Below, one piece after another: positions 24,741 to 38,100 of a DNA stretch of 64,000 bases. A program made the position numbers and the translations under genes. Every line of letters starts with the position of its first letter. The first letter of the stretch is position 1. Below the pieces are notes generated by a model. The model was not told the origin of the DNA and did no database searches. It was given only the letters and a program-made list of their open reading frames with translations. Location of the stretch: contig CM060731.1 of assembly GCA_030704615.1 (NCBI GenBank), positions 64,728,001 through 64,792,000 of the forward strand, written 5' to 3'. Source of the stretch: Takakia lepidozioides (Eukaryota > Plantae > Bryophyta).

Positions 24741-27700
24741 CTATGAAATGGAATGACGCCGCCTTCTGCCTTTGCCTGATCCTGAGCGGGAATCTGGTGT
24801 TGCTGGTGCATTCATAGACCCACCCATATCTTTCGAATCCCTGCGCATGAAGGGATTTAATTTACTAAACCTTCTAGAAACAGATGAAAGGAACTTGTTT
24901 TGGTTGCCCGATTTCTCCATATCTTGCTTCATACAGACCTGGTCTTTCTCCAGATCAGTCAGCCGCATTCGCATGCGAGCAACCTCTAGTTTCAGCTCCC
25001 GATTCTCCCTCCTCAGAGAAGCATAGTTATCCCTTGGTGAGATTGCAGTGCTATTGGCCCCATTCGTTATCCTTTGAGAGTAGTGGCCCACCCCAGAGTC
25101 AGTATGGTCTGCAAACGCTCCTGCAGCAAGGGCATTGCGCAGACGCAGCTGCTCAAAGTAGAGAACCTGGACCACTAGTTGGACTGGCAGTCTTTCATTC
25201 TGGGCCGCATGAGTGCATGCCTCTTGTGACAGCTTTTGGCAGTCCATTAATTTGCAGAGTTTTTTACGATCTATCTCCGTCAATGCTGGATGTGCCTGGA
25301 ACAGAAGGGGCACAACGTCAGTTGTGCAGATGAAGCAAAGCGATGTAGCCTTGTAGACGTATACCTCGGAGGTGGTGGGAGAGAAACTCTCCATAGAGAA
25401 GAAAAACCTCATGGTTGCATTTTGCTTCTATGCATGTCCAAGAATCTCAGGTTCTTTAACTTGCACTCTGAATGTAAGAACAAAGCAGGAGGCTTTTACC
25501 TTAAGATAAATATCAATCGCTCTATACAGCCCATCATCCACCACCCGAGCATAGTCAGGCAAAACTTCAGCAAGCGCTGTGAACTTAGAAAGCTTGAGAT
25601 TGGCATCTGGGGCAATCTCGGCAAGGTAGCTGTCCACAAGCTTGGCAACCTTCAGCATTGAGCTTTGAGAGGGGGAGCCCCCACTGTCAGACTCATCACC
25701 CATTTGGTGGGTATCCTGTCAGTTTAACACTCCACAAGTCAGAGATCTGGCAAAAACCGTGTAATGAGAAATAATTCTCCAATTTGTATTTTCTTGAACC
25801 TGGCTGACAAATCATCAATCCTATGAATCAAATAATGCTGAGGGAAATTCTGAGTGGAGAGGTCTGTACACTGGAGATCTTGCACTACCTGGAGGTCTTC
25901 ATTCTCATCGGTTTGCAAGAAGCTGACCACAATTCGGTGCACAATGTCAACATCAAACAATGTGTCTCCCGTGTAGGAGAAGGAAGGGATCAGCAGGTCA
26001 TCCAGGGTTGCCTGATCCAGTTGCATGCCAATTCGTCTTTCAAGATCAAGGCGGCAGGCTATGGTAGTGTCAAGAATGATGGCTGTCCGCAGCAAACCAA
26101 ACAAAAAGCTGCAAGAAGCTGTGTTCTTCTCAGGAGGCAGAAGACTGACGATTGTCTCAACAAGAATGCGTTGTTCATGCTCCATAGCTGTAGTAGTATC
26201 AAGGACCTGCCAATGCAGTAGAAATGAGGTCAATTAAGACACCATACCTATTGGCTGTAATGTCCAAATCATTTCCCCAACGTCATTATGTCGCTCAAGG
26301 ACATAGCAACAAGTGCTACAAGTGAAATTTAGCAAGTTGTTGCCAAATACCTGGTCCAAAACACATAGGTACTCATCAATGAAAGAGTACTGAATACCTT
26401 TGACTTGGGTGGCTTCAGGTCACTCCGTCCATTCTGCTTCCTGTGAAGGCCCTTCAGAGAGCGGTGAGCATAGTGCATGATGGCTCCCCCTATGGCCTCA
26501 CACCGCAAGCCTTTGGATCTCATGGCAGCCAGAACTCTTTGGTAGAAATCGATGCGAAGGACCGCCAGATCTTCAGCCCACCATTCTGCCAAGGAAGGCT
26601 TCTGTGATGCATTGGTGTTGAAGGAAAGCTTGATATTGTCAGAGCGACCCGAGCCATAGTCTGAACGGCTCAAGCTGCTAGCAAATTGTTCCCTGCATGT
26701 TGAATTGCGTACCAACAGGCATGTCAGAATACTTCCCATCGAGCAAACCGATCAAAAACCTCAACCAACCTCCCCAGAGACTCAGGTGTTGCAGTTCAAT
26801 CCTTCGTGGTTACAACATGCAGAGGCAGGTGCGGAGAGAATCAGCATATCAATGGGAAGAAAGGAGAAGTTACTGTTACATGTACTGCGTATAGCATCAA
26901 CACATGGCCTTTTAACTAGGAAGTTTACATAACATATGACTTATCATCCCAATTAAACTACCATGTGGAGATTCGAAGAGAAATGAGTAGAGATGTGTGG
27001 AGGGAGCACAGGATGCTTACTCACACAACAACAAGAAGTTAGAAGGAAAGTAAAATGCACAACATGAACTGCCAGTCCACCTATGCTGAGATCATCCATA
27101 CAGAATCCAGGGCTCCTCACACACACTGTTTCGTTTCAGAGTGCCATACCTGCATGCTTTAGTTGCTGCAGCATCAATGCACCTGCTCACAATCCTCAGT
27201 TCCTCAGCAAGAGGAAGAAGGTTCTCACAGTTGTGTAGTACTGCAATTGAGTCTGCCAAATTTTGCATCACCACCTCACTGAGAAAAGTTTCTGTCCGGG
27301 ATACCAGATTATTGTCTCCAAAGTCCTCGGTCATTTCTAGGTACTCTGCAGCACACCGCAGCAGTGCTACATTGAAGGTAGTGATCTCAAAGTTGATGCC
27401 ATAGCAAAATTTGGCTGCCAAGTCAAATGCTTCGGCACCACCGGGGACATCTGGGAGCTCCAGCCGACCAATGTCTGAGTCTCCACTCCTAGCTACTAGC
27501 TTCCTGATTCGCCCACTCCGTGCTACCAAAGGAAACTTCCGCCCATCCCAAACAAAACGTAAACAGAGTCCATGTCAGCATTCCAAAGGGACCTCCACTG
27601 TCTGGTTGAGAGATGCCAGCCATGTGTGCACACCACTGACGTGTGTCCATCCTCCGCTTTCACTCCATCAGTGTCTCTCTTCTCTTTTCCCCACTTGCGT

Positions 27701-28346
27701 TGCTACTCCATCCAAACCAGGTATACTTCTAACAAAGTCAAGCTACTGCAAAGAAAAATTTAACGACCACAACTCTCTCCGGCTCAGTCGCACTCCGTAC
27801 ACCAACCAGAGGTTTCGCATTCGGGAGCCAAACGCCAAATCGCTTGCCACAGTAACATACTGACCATCAAACGACAAGGGCAAGGGCAGCTAGATACAGG
27901 CCATGTGATTTCCTAAGTAGCTGTTGAGATCCTACGCACCCCTAGTCCTTCAAATGCTCTCACTTACAGGTTCACACTGAGCTGGTCAATAAAGGCCCCA
28001 TACTCTCACTACCATGCGGTTCAAAAAAGTTTCTTTACTCTTGAGAAGTACACAAACACACACACACACATATATACATGTAGTACCTTGTGAAGAGAAA
28101 AGCTAAGCCCGCCGGCTTCGACAACGATATCGCTCGGGACATCTGTAGACAGCACCCTGCATTATCAACGGGCACACGGTTTAAACAAAGCAATCTAGCA
28201 TTTCGACCAAAAATACAATGGCTGACTAAAGAGACGTGATCAAACAAGGCAGCCTACCACTCATTCGTCCGCTTCATAGAGAAGCTGGACCTCGAGGGCC
28301 GTCTGTTAGACACAGGAGGCTTATCAGGCTTCGGCGTGACCGCCAT
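24741..28346 (-). CDS. NRL: BTB/POZ-NPH3 domain protein (NPH3/RPT2-like, NRL family), 7 exons, 642 aa
   Basis: Exons 28346-28258, 28156-28087, 27535-27150, 26692-26398, 26206-25889, 25715-25500, 25295-24741 (1929 nt, GT-AG, phases consistent). Motifs: FSLHK|[65 protein letters not shown], coiled coil, C-terminal RRHSIS. Confidence 0.96.
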
Positions 28347-28360
28347 GCCTGCCGACCTCC

Positions 28361-28548
28361 CTCTTCGCTCCACCTTCACAAAATCTTTCTGTCCCGTCCT
28401 CCTTTCCAGCTCCCTACCGTGTGTGTGCGCATATGTGTGAAGAGAAAGCAGGGACTCTTCGCTCCACCTTCACAAAATCTTTCTGTCCCGTCCTCCTTTC
28501 CAGCTCCCTACCGTGTGTGTGCGCATACGTATGAAGAGAAAGCAGGGA
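28361..28548. repeat. ~94-bp tandem duplication just upstream of the NRL start codon
   Basis: CTCTTCGCTCCACCTTCAC...GAAGAGAAAGCAGGGA units begin at 28361 and 28455. Confidence 0.9.
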
Positions 28549-28989
28549 CGACTCGACGGGGAAAAATAAAATCCAACTCTCCTCTCTTTTTCCCTCCTCT
28601 CACCCTTGCCTTCCGGCCCCCGAAATCCCGAGGGAATGATGAATATGAGTCAAGTCACAAGAAAGAAGACAAGTAGGATAGATATCAATGTGGCCCTCGG
28701 CAAAGCGAGCAGCGAGCGCATGATGCACAGGGACGCTACTAGTGAGAGCCACAAGGCGGCCTTGGTATCGGGGGTAGACCCCACCCTCCCTCGCAGATTG
28801 CCCCTGTTGCCCCACAGATAAGGAGATCACATCCACATCGCAAGCGCCTCCCTCGCATCACACTTCCACCGAGAAACAGACGAGGCGAGCGAGAGTGCAT
28901 GCGCTGCGCACGCTACCCTCCACACCTACTTCCATTTTACGCTTTACTCTCTCTCACTAATCGCTGTCCTCTAAGCACCCCCAGTGCGC

Positions 28990-29120
28990 TAATCACACTG
29001 ATTAGATGCTAACTAAGGCGGGAATTAATCACTGATTAGATGCTGACTAAGGCGGGTTAATCACTGATTAGATGCTGACTAAGGCGGGTTAATCACTGAT
29101 TAGATGCTAACTAAGACGGG
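28990..29120. repeat. ~32-bp minisatellite x4 containing the dyad TAATCA-C-TGATTA
   Basis: TAATCACTGATTAGATGCT[A/G]ACTAAGGCGGG repeated four times. Confidence 0.9.
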
Positions 29121-29603
29121 ATTATGATTGATTCTACTGAGAGAAGGTGTGATCTCAGGTTCAATTCCCTAGACGCTATAGCCGGCCCGCATCGCAGCTG
29201 GAATGTGCTTGCAGGAACTGGTTAATTACCGGGAATTAATTCTGCTGTCGGGTCATTAATAAATATTATATCTGGCCGGATCAGAGGCCTCTTTCATGTG
29301 TCAACGTGCAAAGGGACCAGAGCATTTATTAGATCTACCGTCTTACCGTATGTCCATTGTCCAGGCCCATTTTGTCGCCTGTTTTGTTGCTCCGGCTGCC
29401 CAGCATGGGCGTAGGGGAATTTGAGCCCAAGACCCCCAGGCTAAACTGTTGACTGGTAGACCAGCATGGACGGATGGATGAAGTAGTGAGTGTCGCAATA
29501 TATACATACATATAATATTTCCATTGACATTGTTTGATATGTAGCAAGTGGGATTCAGTATGAATAACTTACTGTACATCCTTTGGTCGGAGTGGGGCTG
29601 AGA

Positions 29604-30650
29604 GGAAGAAAGGGACAATTCTTGCTTTAGCGCCGCCCAAGCGCAATAATTTTTCATGTACATTAGTACTCAAAGGAAGAAAAGGATAATTCTTGCTTTA
29701 GCGCCGGCGAAGCGCAATAATTTTTTATGTAGATTAGTACTCAAAGGAAGAAAAGGATAATTCTTGCTTTAACGCCGCCCAAGCGCAATAATTTTTCATG
29801 TACATTAGTACTCAAAGGAAGAAAAGGATAATTCTTGCTTTAGCGCCGGCGAAGCGCAATAATTTTTTATGTAGATTAGTACTCAAAGGAAGAAAGGGAC
29901 AATTCTTGCTTTAGCGCCGCCCAAGCGCAATAATTTTTCATGTACATTAGTACTCAAAGGAAGAAAAGGATAATTCTTGCTTTAGCGCCGGCGAAGCACA
30001 ATAATTTTTTATGTAGATTAGTACTCAAAGGAAGAAAAGGATAATTCTTGCTTTAACGCCGCCCAAGCGCAATAATTTTTCATGTACATTAGTACTCAAA
30101 GGAAGAAAAGGATAATTCTTGCTTTAGCGCCGGCGAAGCGCAATAATTTTTTATGTAGATTAGTACTCAAAGGAAGAAAAGGATAATTCTTGCTTTAACG
30201 CCGCCCAAGCGCAATAATTTTTCATGTACATTAGTACTCAAAGGAAGAAAAGGATAATTCTTGCTTTAGCGCCGGCGAAGCGCAATAATTTTTTATGTAG
30301 ATTAGTACTCAAAGGCTAAATTTCCTCCCACCATGTCTTTTCTACTTTCTAACTAAAGACCCATTCTAGACTTCATGGATGAATGATAAAGGATAATTCT
30401 TTGCTTTAGCGCCGACGAAGCGCAATAATTTTTCATCTAGTTTAGTACTGAGAGGAAGAAAAGGATGAATCTTGCTTTATCGCCAAGCGCAATAAATTTT
30501 CTTCTAGATTAGTACTGAAAGGAAGAAAGGGATAATTCTTGCTTTAGAGCTGGCGAAGCGCAATAATTTTTCATCTAGATTACCTAGTACTTTAGTAGGA
30601 AAGGATAATTGTTGCTTTCGCCGGCCAAGCGCAATAGTTTCTCATCTAGT
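29604..30650. repeat. 71-bp satellite: 10 homogeneous copies plus ~4 degenerate copies
   Basis: GGAAGAAA.GGA.AATTCTTGCTTTA.CGCCG.C.AAGCGCAATAATTTTT.ATGTA.ATTAGTACTCAAA. Unit starts 29604, 29675, 29746 ... 30243. Two variants alternate. Confidence 0.95.
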
Positions 30651-33600
30651 TTCTCATTAATACCCACATCTCTGAGTTTCATTCTTGAGGCATTCCGGTC
30701 CATGGTCCATCGTTATCAGATTCCACTTTGTGTCCGCTCAATCAGAAAGAGAAAAGTAGTCACCTTGAACCTCCTTGCACTGCAAGTACCACAATTATAC
30801 TACTGTCCTCCATTGGAAACCAGATGGATGTCGGCATGCCTTGCGCATTACGGACTAGGTGACCGGTGCGAGTGCGAGGAGATATTGCGGCTTCGCTCAA
30901 CTCACATACAGGATACAAGGGTGCCCAAGAATGAAAAAATGAACGAACACGAACAGATGGTGCTCCTAACGGATGAAACGGATGAAAGCTCATCCATAAC
31001 GAAGCCTCGGTTATAAATTCTGTCAACGACGGAGAATGGATGGATGAGGAGGTGGTTTCCGTCGTACGGGTGGTTCCTTGCCAGCTGCCAAGACGCAGGT
31101 CAGAATCAGAATCAGGAAGCGCCGCCTTTGGGCCCACAACCTTGGATTCTGCACTCTCTTCTTCATCCAACGAAGCTAGGAATTAGCGGATGAATCCATC
31201 CATGTTGGCCTCGCTGACATGATTCGCTGTCCAGAACATGTCGATGTGAACAGAGTTCCACGGAATCGTCGCGATGCTGACACGTCAGATAACTGATTAC
31301 ATCCCCACAGATGTTTCATCCACACGACAGCCGGTATTTTCTTTTTCTTTTTTCTTTTCTATATGGCTTTGAATATTTGTCTGGGGCCCACGTTTGAAGA
31401 GGGCAGTTTCGCCACGCGGAACACGTTCTCAAAGCGAGGGTGATTTCTCATCGATGGAACATGGATGAGGACAGTTCTCAGTTACAGAAAGTGCAAGTTT
31501 GCGAGTACTTTCCGAAAGGCGAATGGATGAAGATTTCGCCTTGAAAGCGGGTCGCAAGTTTGGTGTGGAATGACGATGTATATCCGTTTGGGTTTTCTTG
31601 TTCTGGACAAGACGACAGGAACCACGCACCCACAAGAAGACGGAATGGTGGTTGGTACACTAGAAACCAGCCCAGTTACACTCAAAGGAGCCGCGAATTA
31701 GGGCGAACAATGATGAGACGAAGGGCGAGTTTCATCCATCCACAATGAAGGCATGACGTGGCACGAGGGGGGCCCACCTATTCTGCGGTATAATTAGCTT
31801 TCCCTAATCTGCACGCCAATTGCGTCCTAGGGGTTTTACTACCGTCTTACTAAACTCTAGTAGTTAGACGCTACGACAAACTAATCCAAGTGTCTTGCAG
31901 AGAAAATGGTTCCGGGCTCAAATCCAGAAAGAGACAAGGTGGAGACTGGGATACGTGCTGGAAATGTCTGGATAAGCCTAGTGCAGGTGGCGGTGTGTGA
32001 GTGGGTATCTCGTGAGGAGCGCATCCCATTGCGCGAGGGTGGGGTCAGTGATCAGAACTGATCCAGTCCGTACGGTGGGCCTGCTTCCGTTAGCGATCCG
32101 TGTAACTCTCCGTCTCTGACAAGATACGAGGGATTCTCGGCTAAAGTACCTCCGTTTGAAGATCAGTTTCCGTTTCCCTTTTGCTGTACATATTGTTTTT
32201 TCGAAGAAGATGAGTTTCAGTTGAAGAATGTGTAACTTAAGGAATTTGTCAACATGTGTACGTGACAACAGGCTGGCCTGCAACCATCGAAGGTTCTCTG
32301 CCCGCGCTGGGCTGGCCATGTGTGATCGATCTCCTCCTTGAAATGGGTTCACAGTTCACACCCCCAACTAGACAGACACTCTCTGAGGCTTGCTGCTGGA
32401 GCCACTCCCAACAAGTACCGGTACCGCCAGCAGCCTTATTGTTCAAAGTACAGATAGAATACTTTGGTCCCTTAGAAGTTAATGTCTTGTCATGTTTGAA
32501 CTCCCATCTTTATTACATGGGTAATCGCGTACCATTTGGATATATACCCACAAGGAACTTGAAGTCTCGTGCGACAACTTTGAGCACGAGGAATGAAAAA
32601 TCAGGTTGTAAATGTTGAGCTGAGATTGGCTTCATTTCTTTTTCTCAAGCAAAAGGGGGCTGATCCTTTCTCAAAACCATGACCGAATTAAGCACATCAA
32701 TGTTCAGCTCGAAGTTTGACTTGAGAAGTGAGTGCACAGTGAGGTCAGGTCAATGCAAGGTCAGGTCAATGCAGGGATCATGTGAAGGTAATGATATATA
32801 TTCACCACAGAAACCCAACCTTAAGGATTTGAAATGGGAGTGTTTTGCATGGGGGTACTTACAGAGTAAGTTATACATGTACAAAGCATGTCATGAGCAC
32901 CAAGTTTTGTCAATGAACAGAGCTTCTTTCGGCGGGAGGATAGGTGGTGCATAGAAGTGCACGGACACTTTTTTAGTCACTGCCGAGATCATCAGCTTCT
33001 AGATTATCAAAAGAGAGTCGAGACACCTTTACTAATAACACAAATTTAGTGGCTAGCGTCAAATCACTTGATCCACGGGAAATCGCCACCACTGTCCCGC
33101 CTTCTCAGTTGTTGTTCGGTCCCGTCTTGGATACTATTTCTGGTGTTGTTCTGGCAGAAAATCAAAGAATTCCACCTGCATGAACACGTTGGATATGCAG
33201 TGACTACAGTCCCGCCTAAAGAACAGGGGGGGCCATTCACGACTTTGTTCTCCATTGAGTGCAGGGATATTATTCATTGAGTGCAGGATAAGAGAGTTTA
33301 ATTCATTGGTTGTTGGATCGTGTAGGAATATAAGTAGCAAAACTCTACGGTTTAAATCAAGCCAAAGCCGGCCGTAATACTGCTGCAACCAGAACCCGTA
33401 AGGGCTACAGTGACTGGAACGAAAGCTACAGCATAACAGTATGTACTTAGCAAAGTGGAGATCTAGGGGAGACCCTAGCCCACATTCACATCTGTAACCC
33501 ACGATAAAGATGGTCTGAGATGGTCAACGAGCTGCGGTTTTCCTGTGCCCACAAGGACGCTTCTGGTGCAGGCTGCAAATCTTGTGATGGCCTCTGATAG

Positions 33601-34339
33601 CTGGATTAAAGTAGTCACCAGCCGAGCAAATCCTTCTCCACCCTTGGGTACATCAGGTACGAAATGCCGAAACTGCGGGACTCATTTTTTGCTTCTGCGG
33701 CCTGCTCCTAGTGCTCCTTGGCTTGGCCCAAGCGACACCCAACCATCATTCGGTTTGTAACCTAAAACCTTCCTTCTTGTACTTTTTTGTGCAAATTTGA
33801 CACTTTCTCCTGTTCTAAAAGTGTTGCATTGGGCCGCACTTGTAAGCTTTGTGGATTTTTCAGCCCAGGAACATCGCTGGGGTGTCCTTGCATGAGCGAC
33901 ACTGTGGAGTTGTTTTTGGTGTGGTGAAGTTGTTGTTTTCATTTGTTGTGGGTGCGGTGCACCAATATCACTGGGTCTGAGATGGGAAATCTTTGGTGAG
34001 AGAGATGTTCCTCCTTCTGCCATGGAACTAATGAATTGCCGATTGAAGGTTGTTACAGCCTGATGACCATAGTGTTTACGTTGTATCTCAAGTATACAAC
34101 CGCAGTACAAAGGATGAGGACATCAGGGGAGAAGGAAAGAAATGTACTTTGTAACCCTCTACTGGCCCAGTCACAAAGCCTTACTAAACAAGCCTATTAA
34201 GGGCTGAATATATGTAAGTGCTTTTGAAGGGCAGGGGTAGGCTGAAGAATATTCATCCCCAGTTTTGGGCGCTTCTCAACTTTTAACCTGCTCAACAATT
34301 AGGTCGAGACATTTTTATACATGTCTTCACACATAGGTT

Positions 34340-35110
34340 TCATATATCAGTAGGTGGCGGCCTTTCGGATTAGTGTTTGAACATTTGCGGGATTGCTTCT
34401 CTCCTCAGGATTCAACCAACGGATTCTCCCTGCTTTTCCAAGTGTGCTCATACATTGCCAAGAGTGGCCATATTCCTACTCAAGCCAATGGAGGAGTGCA
34501 AGCCTCTTGGCCATGTCCAAAAGTTATTCATGAGGACTACGACCCATATCTATGGGATAGGTCATCTATTGTCTTGTACTGAGTCGCTCTTACTTATATA
34601 TTTAGCTTCCTAATGTTTTTCTGTGCATTTCTCCCCGTACCTACCAGTGAGGAGGTCAATGTGAGGCTATGGTGCATACGCTTCATTCTTCCCTAGACCC
34701 TCATCCAGACTGGGTTGTCCTTCAGGTTATCAATGCATTCACGAGCACCCATATTCCAAGAGCTAAAATCAATGTGAGGTGATTTTCAACAACTCATCCA
34801 CTTTGTGAGATTGTTTATGTATGCTTGTGTCAATACATAGCTCTTGTACAACCATCAATCCTCGAGTGGACATGGTCACCACCAATCAGAAGTTGAAGGC
34901 GATCCACCAGGGGGATCTCTGTTGCTCATTGGCTCCCAGCCCATTGGCTCGTTGTCAAGCCACCTTATCAATTTCATCTCCGGGTGTGGAATGCTCTGAT
35001 TTCCCATCTATGCTGGGTAGACCTCACTATCATTTCCTGTGGATATGCCACAGGAAATGCCCTCAATAGTACATCATGGTCAATATTCTCAGGAGATGGT
35101 GGATGAACTG
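34340..35110 (+). mobile_element. Degenerate CRE-clade-like non-LTR retrotransposon RT fragment
   Basis: Frame-shifted pieces read GLVFEHLRDCF, KxNGGVxxLA, EAMVHTLHSSLDPHPDWVVLQVINAF, IHQGD and FPS, matching CRE-type RT motifs (KPxGGVRPIA, HPDWVVLQxDxxNAFN, QGDP). Confidence 0.6.
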
Positions 35111-35171
35111 AGTAGCTACACCGATCAATGAATGAAGCCAGAAACTCACACCATTCCAGACAATCATCGTT

Positions 35172-38100
35172 TCACCAGTAATCCTCACAAGAACAAACCC
35201 CATCTTCAAAGTGGTGAAAGCGGTTAGCATCCCGTACAACAATTGCTCGGCCAACAATCTTTGAGATCAACTTGGTGGAGGTGTGGCAGTCACCACACAC
35301 CCGAAGATTCTTGATGAGACGGAGAGGAGTCCTAGGGGCCGTGCTGATCAGCCCAAAACCAATGGCCAGCTTCTCACTGTGGTGGCAAAGAGAAAATTCC
35401 CTTTCCTCCTCCCCCACATCATGCAATACAAAGCGTGTATCAGGCACATACCCTGCCTCCTTCATCTGCCCAGACAATCTTCTCAGCTCAGCATGGATTT
35501 CCTTGATTTTGGGATGCAATTTGTCATCTAGAGCAAAGGTGTGCACACTGTTGCCGACCTCAATGCAGCAGCGACCTGGCTCCTCTCTAACCCCTCTGAC
35601 CTTCATTACTTTTCTCACCTTTGCGCTATCGTCCCACCTGCCAGCTGTGGCATAGATGTTGGATAGCAACACGTAAGTTGCGGCGTCCTGTTCATCCCAC
35701 TTGAGAATAGATGTCGCCGCACGTTCAGCCATCTCCACATTGCCATGGATTCTGCAGGCACCAAGCAAGGCCTTCCACACCACAGTATCTGGTTTGATTG
35801 GCATTTTATTAATGAGGTCCTCTGCCTCATCCAATCGCCCCACACGTCCAAGAAGGTCCACCATGCAGCCAAAGTGCTTAACTGTCGGAGTGACACCATG
35901 ATCTTGACTCAGGGAATCGAAGAAGCGTCTTCCTTCATACAGTAGGCCAACATGGCTGCATGCAGAGAGAACACATATAAATGTGATACTGTCCGGCTTC
36001 AAGCCTTCCTTTTGCATTCCTTCAAATAGTTGCAGGACCTCCCTATGGCAACCATGCTGGGCATATCCTGCCATCATTGCGTTCCAGGACACCACATCTC
36101 GTTCCGTCATATCGTCGAACACTCCCTTTGCATCATCAATGCACCCACATTTGGCATACATGTCCACGAGAGTATTGTTCAGAATGACATCAGATACAAT
36201 TCCAGCTTTGACGATGGCCTCATGGACCTCTTTGCCCTTTTCCAGGGCTGCCAGGGTCGCACACACATTGCAAACACAAACAAACGTGATGTGGTCGGGT
36301 TTCACCCCTTCCCCCAACATTTGCCTATAAGTCTCCAAAGCCTCCATCCTGAACCCCTGCTGTGCATATCCTGAAATCATTGCATTCCATGACGCCACAT
36401 CTCGCTCAGCCATATTGTTGAATACTCCCCTTGCATCCTCAATGCACCCACATTTGGAATACATGTTCACAAGGGTATTGTTCAGAATGACGTTTGGTAC
36501 AATTCCAGCTTTGACAATGTCACCGTGGACCTCTTTGCTCTTTTCCAGCGCTGCCAGGCTCGCACACGCATTGCAAACGCAAATAAATGTGATGTGGTCG
36601 GGCTTCACCCCTTCCCGCACCATTTGCTCATAGGTCTCCAAAGCCTCCATCCCACGCCCCTGCTGTGCATATCCTGCGATCATGGCACTCCACGACACCA
36701 CATTTCGTTCAGCCATGTTGTCGAACACTCCCTTTGCATCCTCGATGCACCCACATTTGGCATACATGTCCACGAGGGTAGTGTTGAGGATAACATCTGG
36801 TACAATTCCAGCTTTGATGATGTCGCCATGGATCTCTTTGCCCCTTTCCAGGGCTGCCAAGCTCGCACACGCATTGCAAACACAAACAAACGTGACGTGG
36901 TTGGGTTTCACCCCTTCCCTCACCATTTGCTCATAGGTCTCCAAAGCCTCCATCCCACGCCCGTGCTGTGCATACCCTGAAATCATTGTGTTCCAGGACA
37001 CTACATTTCGTTCAGCCATATTGTCGAACACTCCCTTTGCATCGTGGATGCACCCACATTTGGCATACATGTCCACGAGGGTATTGTTCAGAATGACATT
37101 TGGTACAATTCCAGCTTTGACGATGTCAGTATGGACCTCTTTGCCCTTTTCCAGGGTTGCCAGGCTCGCACACGCATTGCAAACACCAACAAATGTGATG
37201 TGGTTGGGCTTCACCCCTTCCCGCACCATTTGCTCATAGGTCTCCATAGCCTCCATCCCACGCCCCTGCTGTGCATATCCTGCAATCATCGTGGTCCAAG
37301 ACACCACATCTCGTTCAGCCATGTTGTCGAACACTCCCTTTGCATCCACAAGGCTCCCACATCTGGCATACATATTCATCAGAGCAGTGTTCAGAACAAC
37401 ATCCGGTACAATTCCCGCTTTGATGATGTCATCATGGACCTCTTTGCCCTTGTCCAAGGCTGCCAGGTTTGCACACACATTGCAAACACAAGCAAATGTG
37501 ATGTGGTTGGGCTTCAGCCCTTCCTGCACCATTTTCTGGTAGATCTTCAAAGCTTCCATCCCGTGCCCCTGCTGCGCATATCCTGCAATCATCGTAGTCC
37601 AAGCCACCACATCTCGTTCATCCATATTGTCAAACACTCCCTTTGCCTCCACGATGCTCCCACATCTGGCATACATATTCATCAGAGCAGTGTTCAGAAT
37701 GACATTTGGTGCAATTCTAGCTTTGACTATGTCACGATGGACCTCTTTGCCCTTTTCCAGGCTTGAACATGCATTGCAAACGCAAACAAACGTGATGTGG
37801 TTGGGCTTCACCCCTTCCCTCAACATTTGCTCATAGGTCTCCAAAGCGTCCATACCGCGCCCCTGCCGTACATATCCTGAGATCATTGCGCTCCAGGACA
37901 CCACATTTCGTTCAGCCATATTGTCGAACACTCCCTTTGCATCATCGATGCACCCACATTTGGCATACATGTTCACCAGGGTACTGTTCAGAATGACATC
38001 TGGTACAATTCCAGCTTTCACAATGTCGTCATGGACCTCTTTGCCCTTTTTCAGGGCTGCCAGGCTCGCACATGCATTGCAAACGCAAACATACGTGATG

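Noticed and set aside
29604-30650. CRISPR-like array
   Set aside because: Units are contiguous with no unique spacers, there are no cas genes, and the context is eukaryotic. It is a satellite.
35172-35580. U-to-C (DYW:KP) editor
   Set aside because: It has a PG box, canonical HSEKLA and a terminal DYW, consistent with the C-to-U type.
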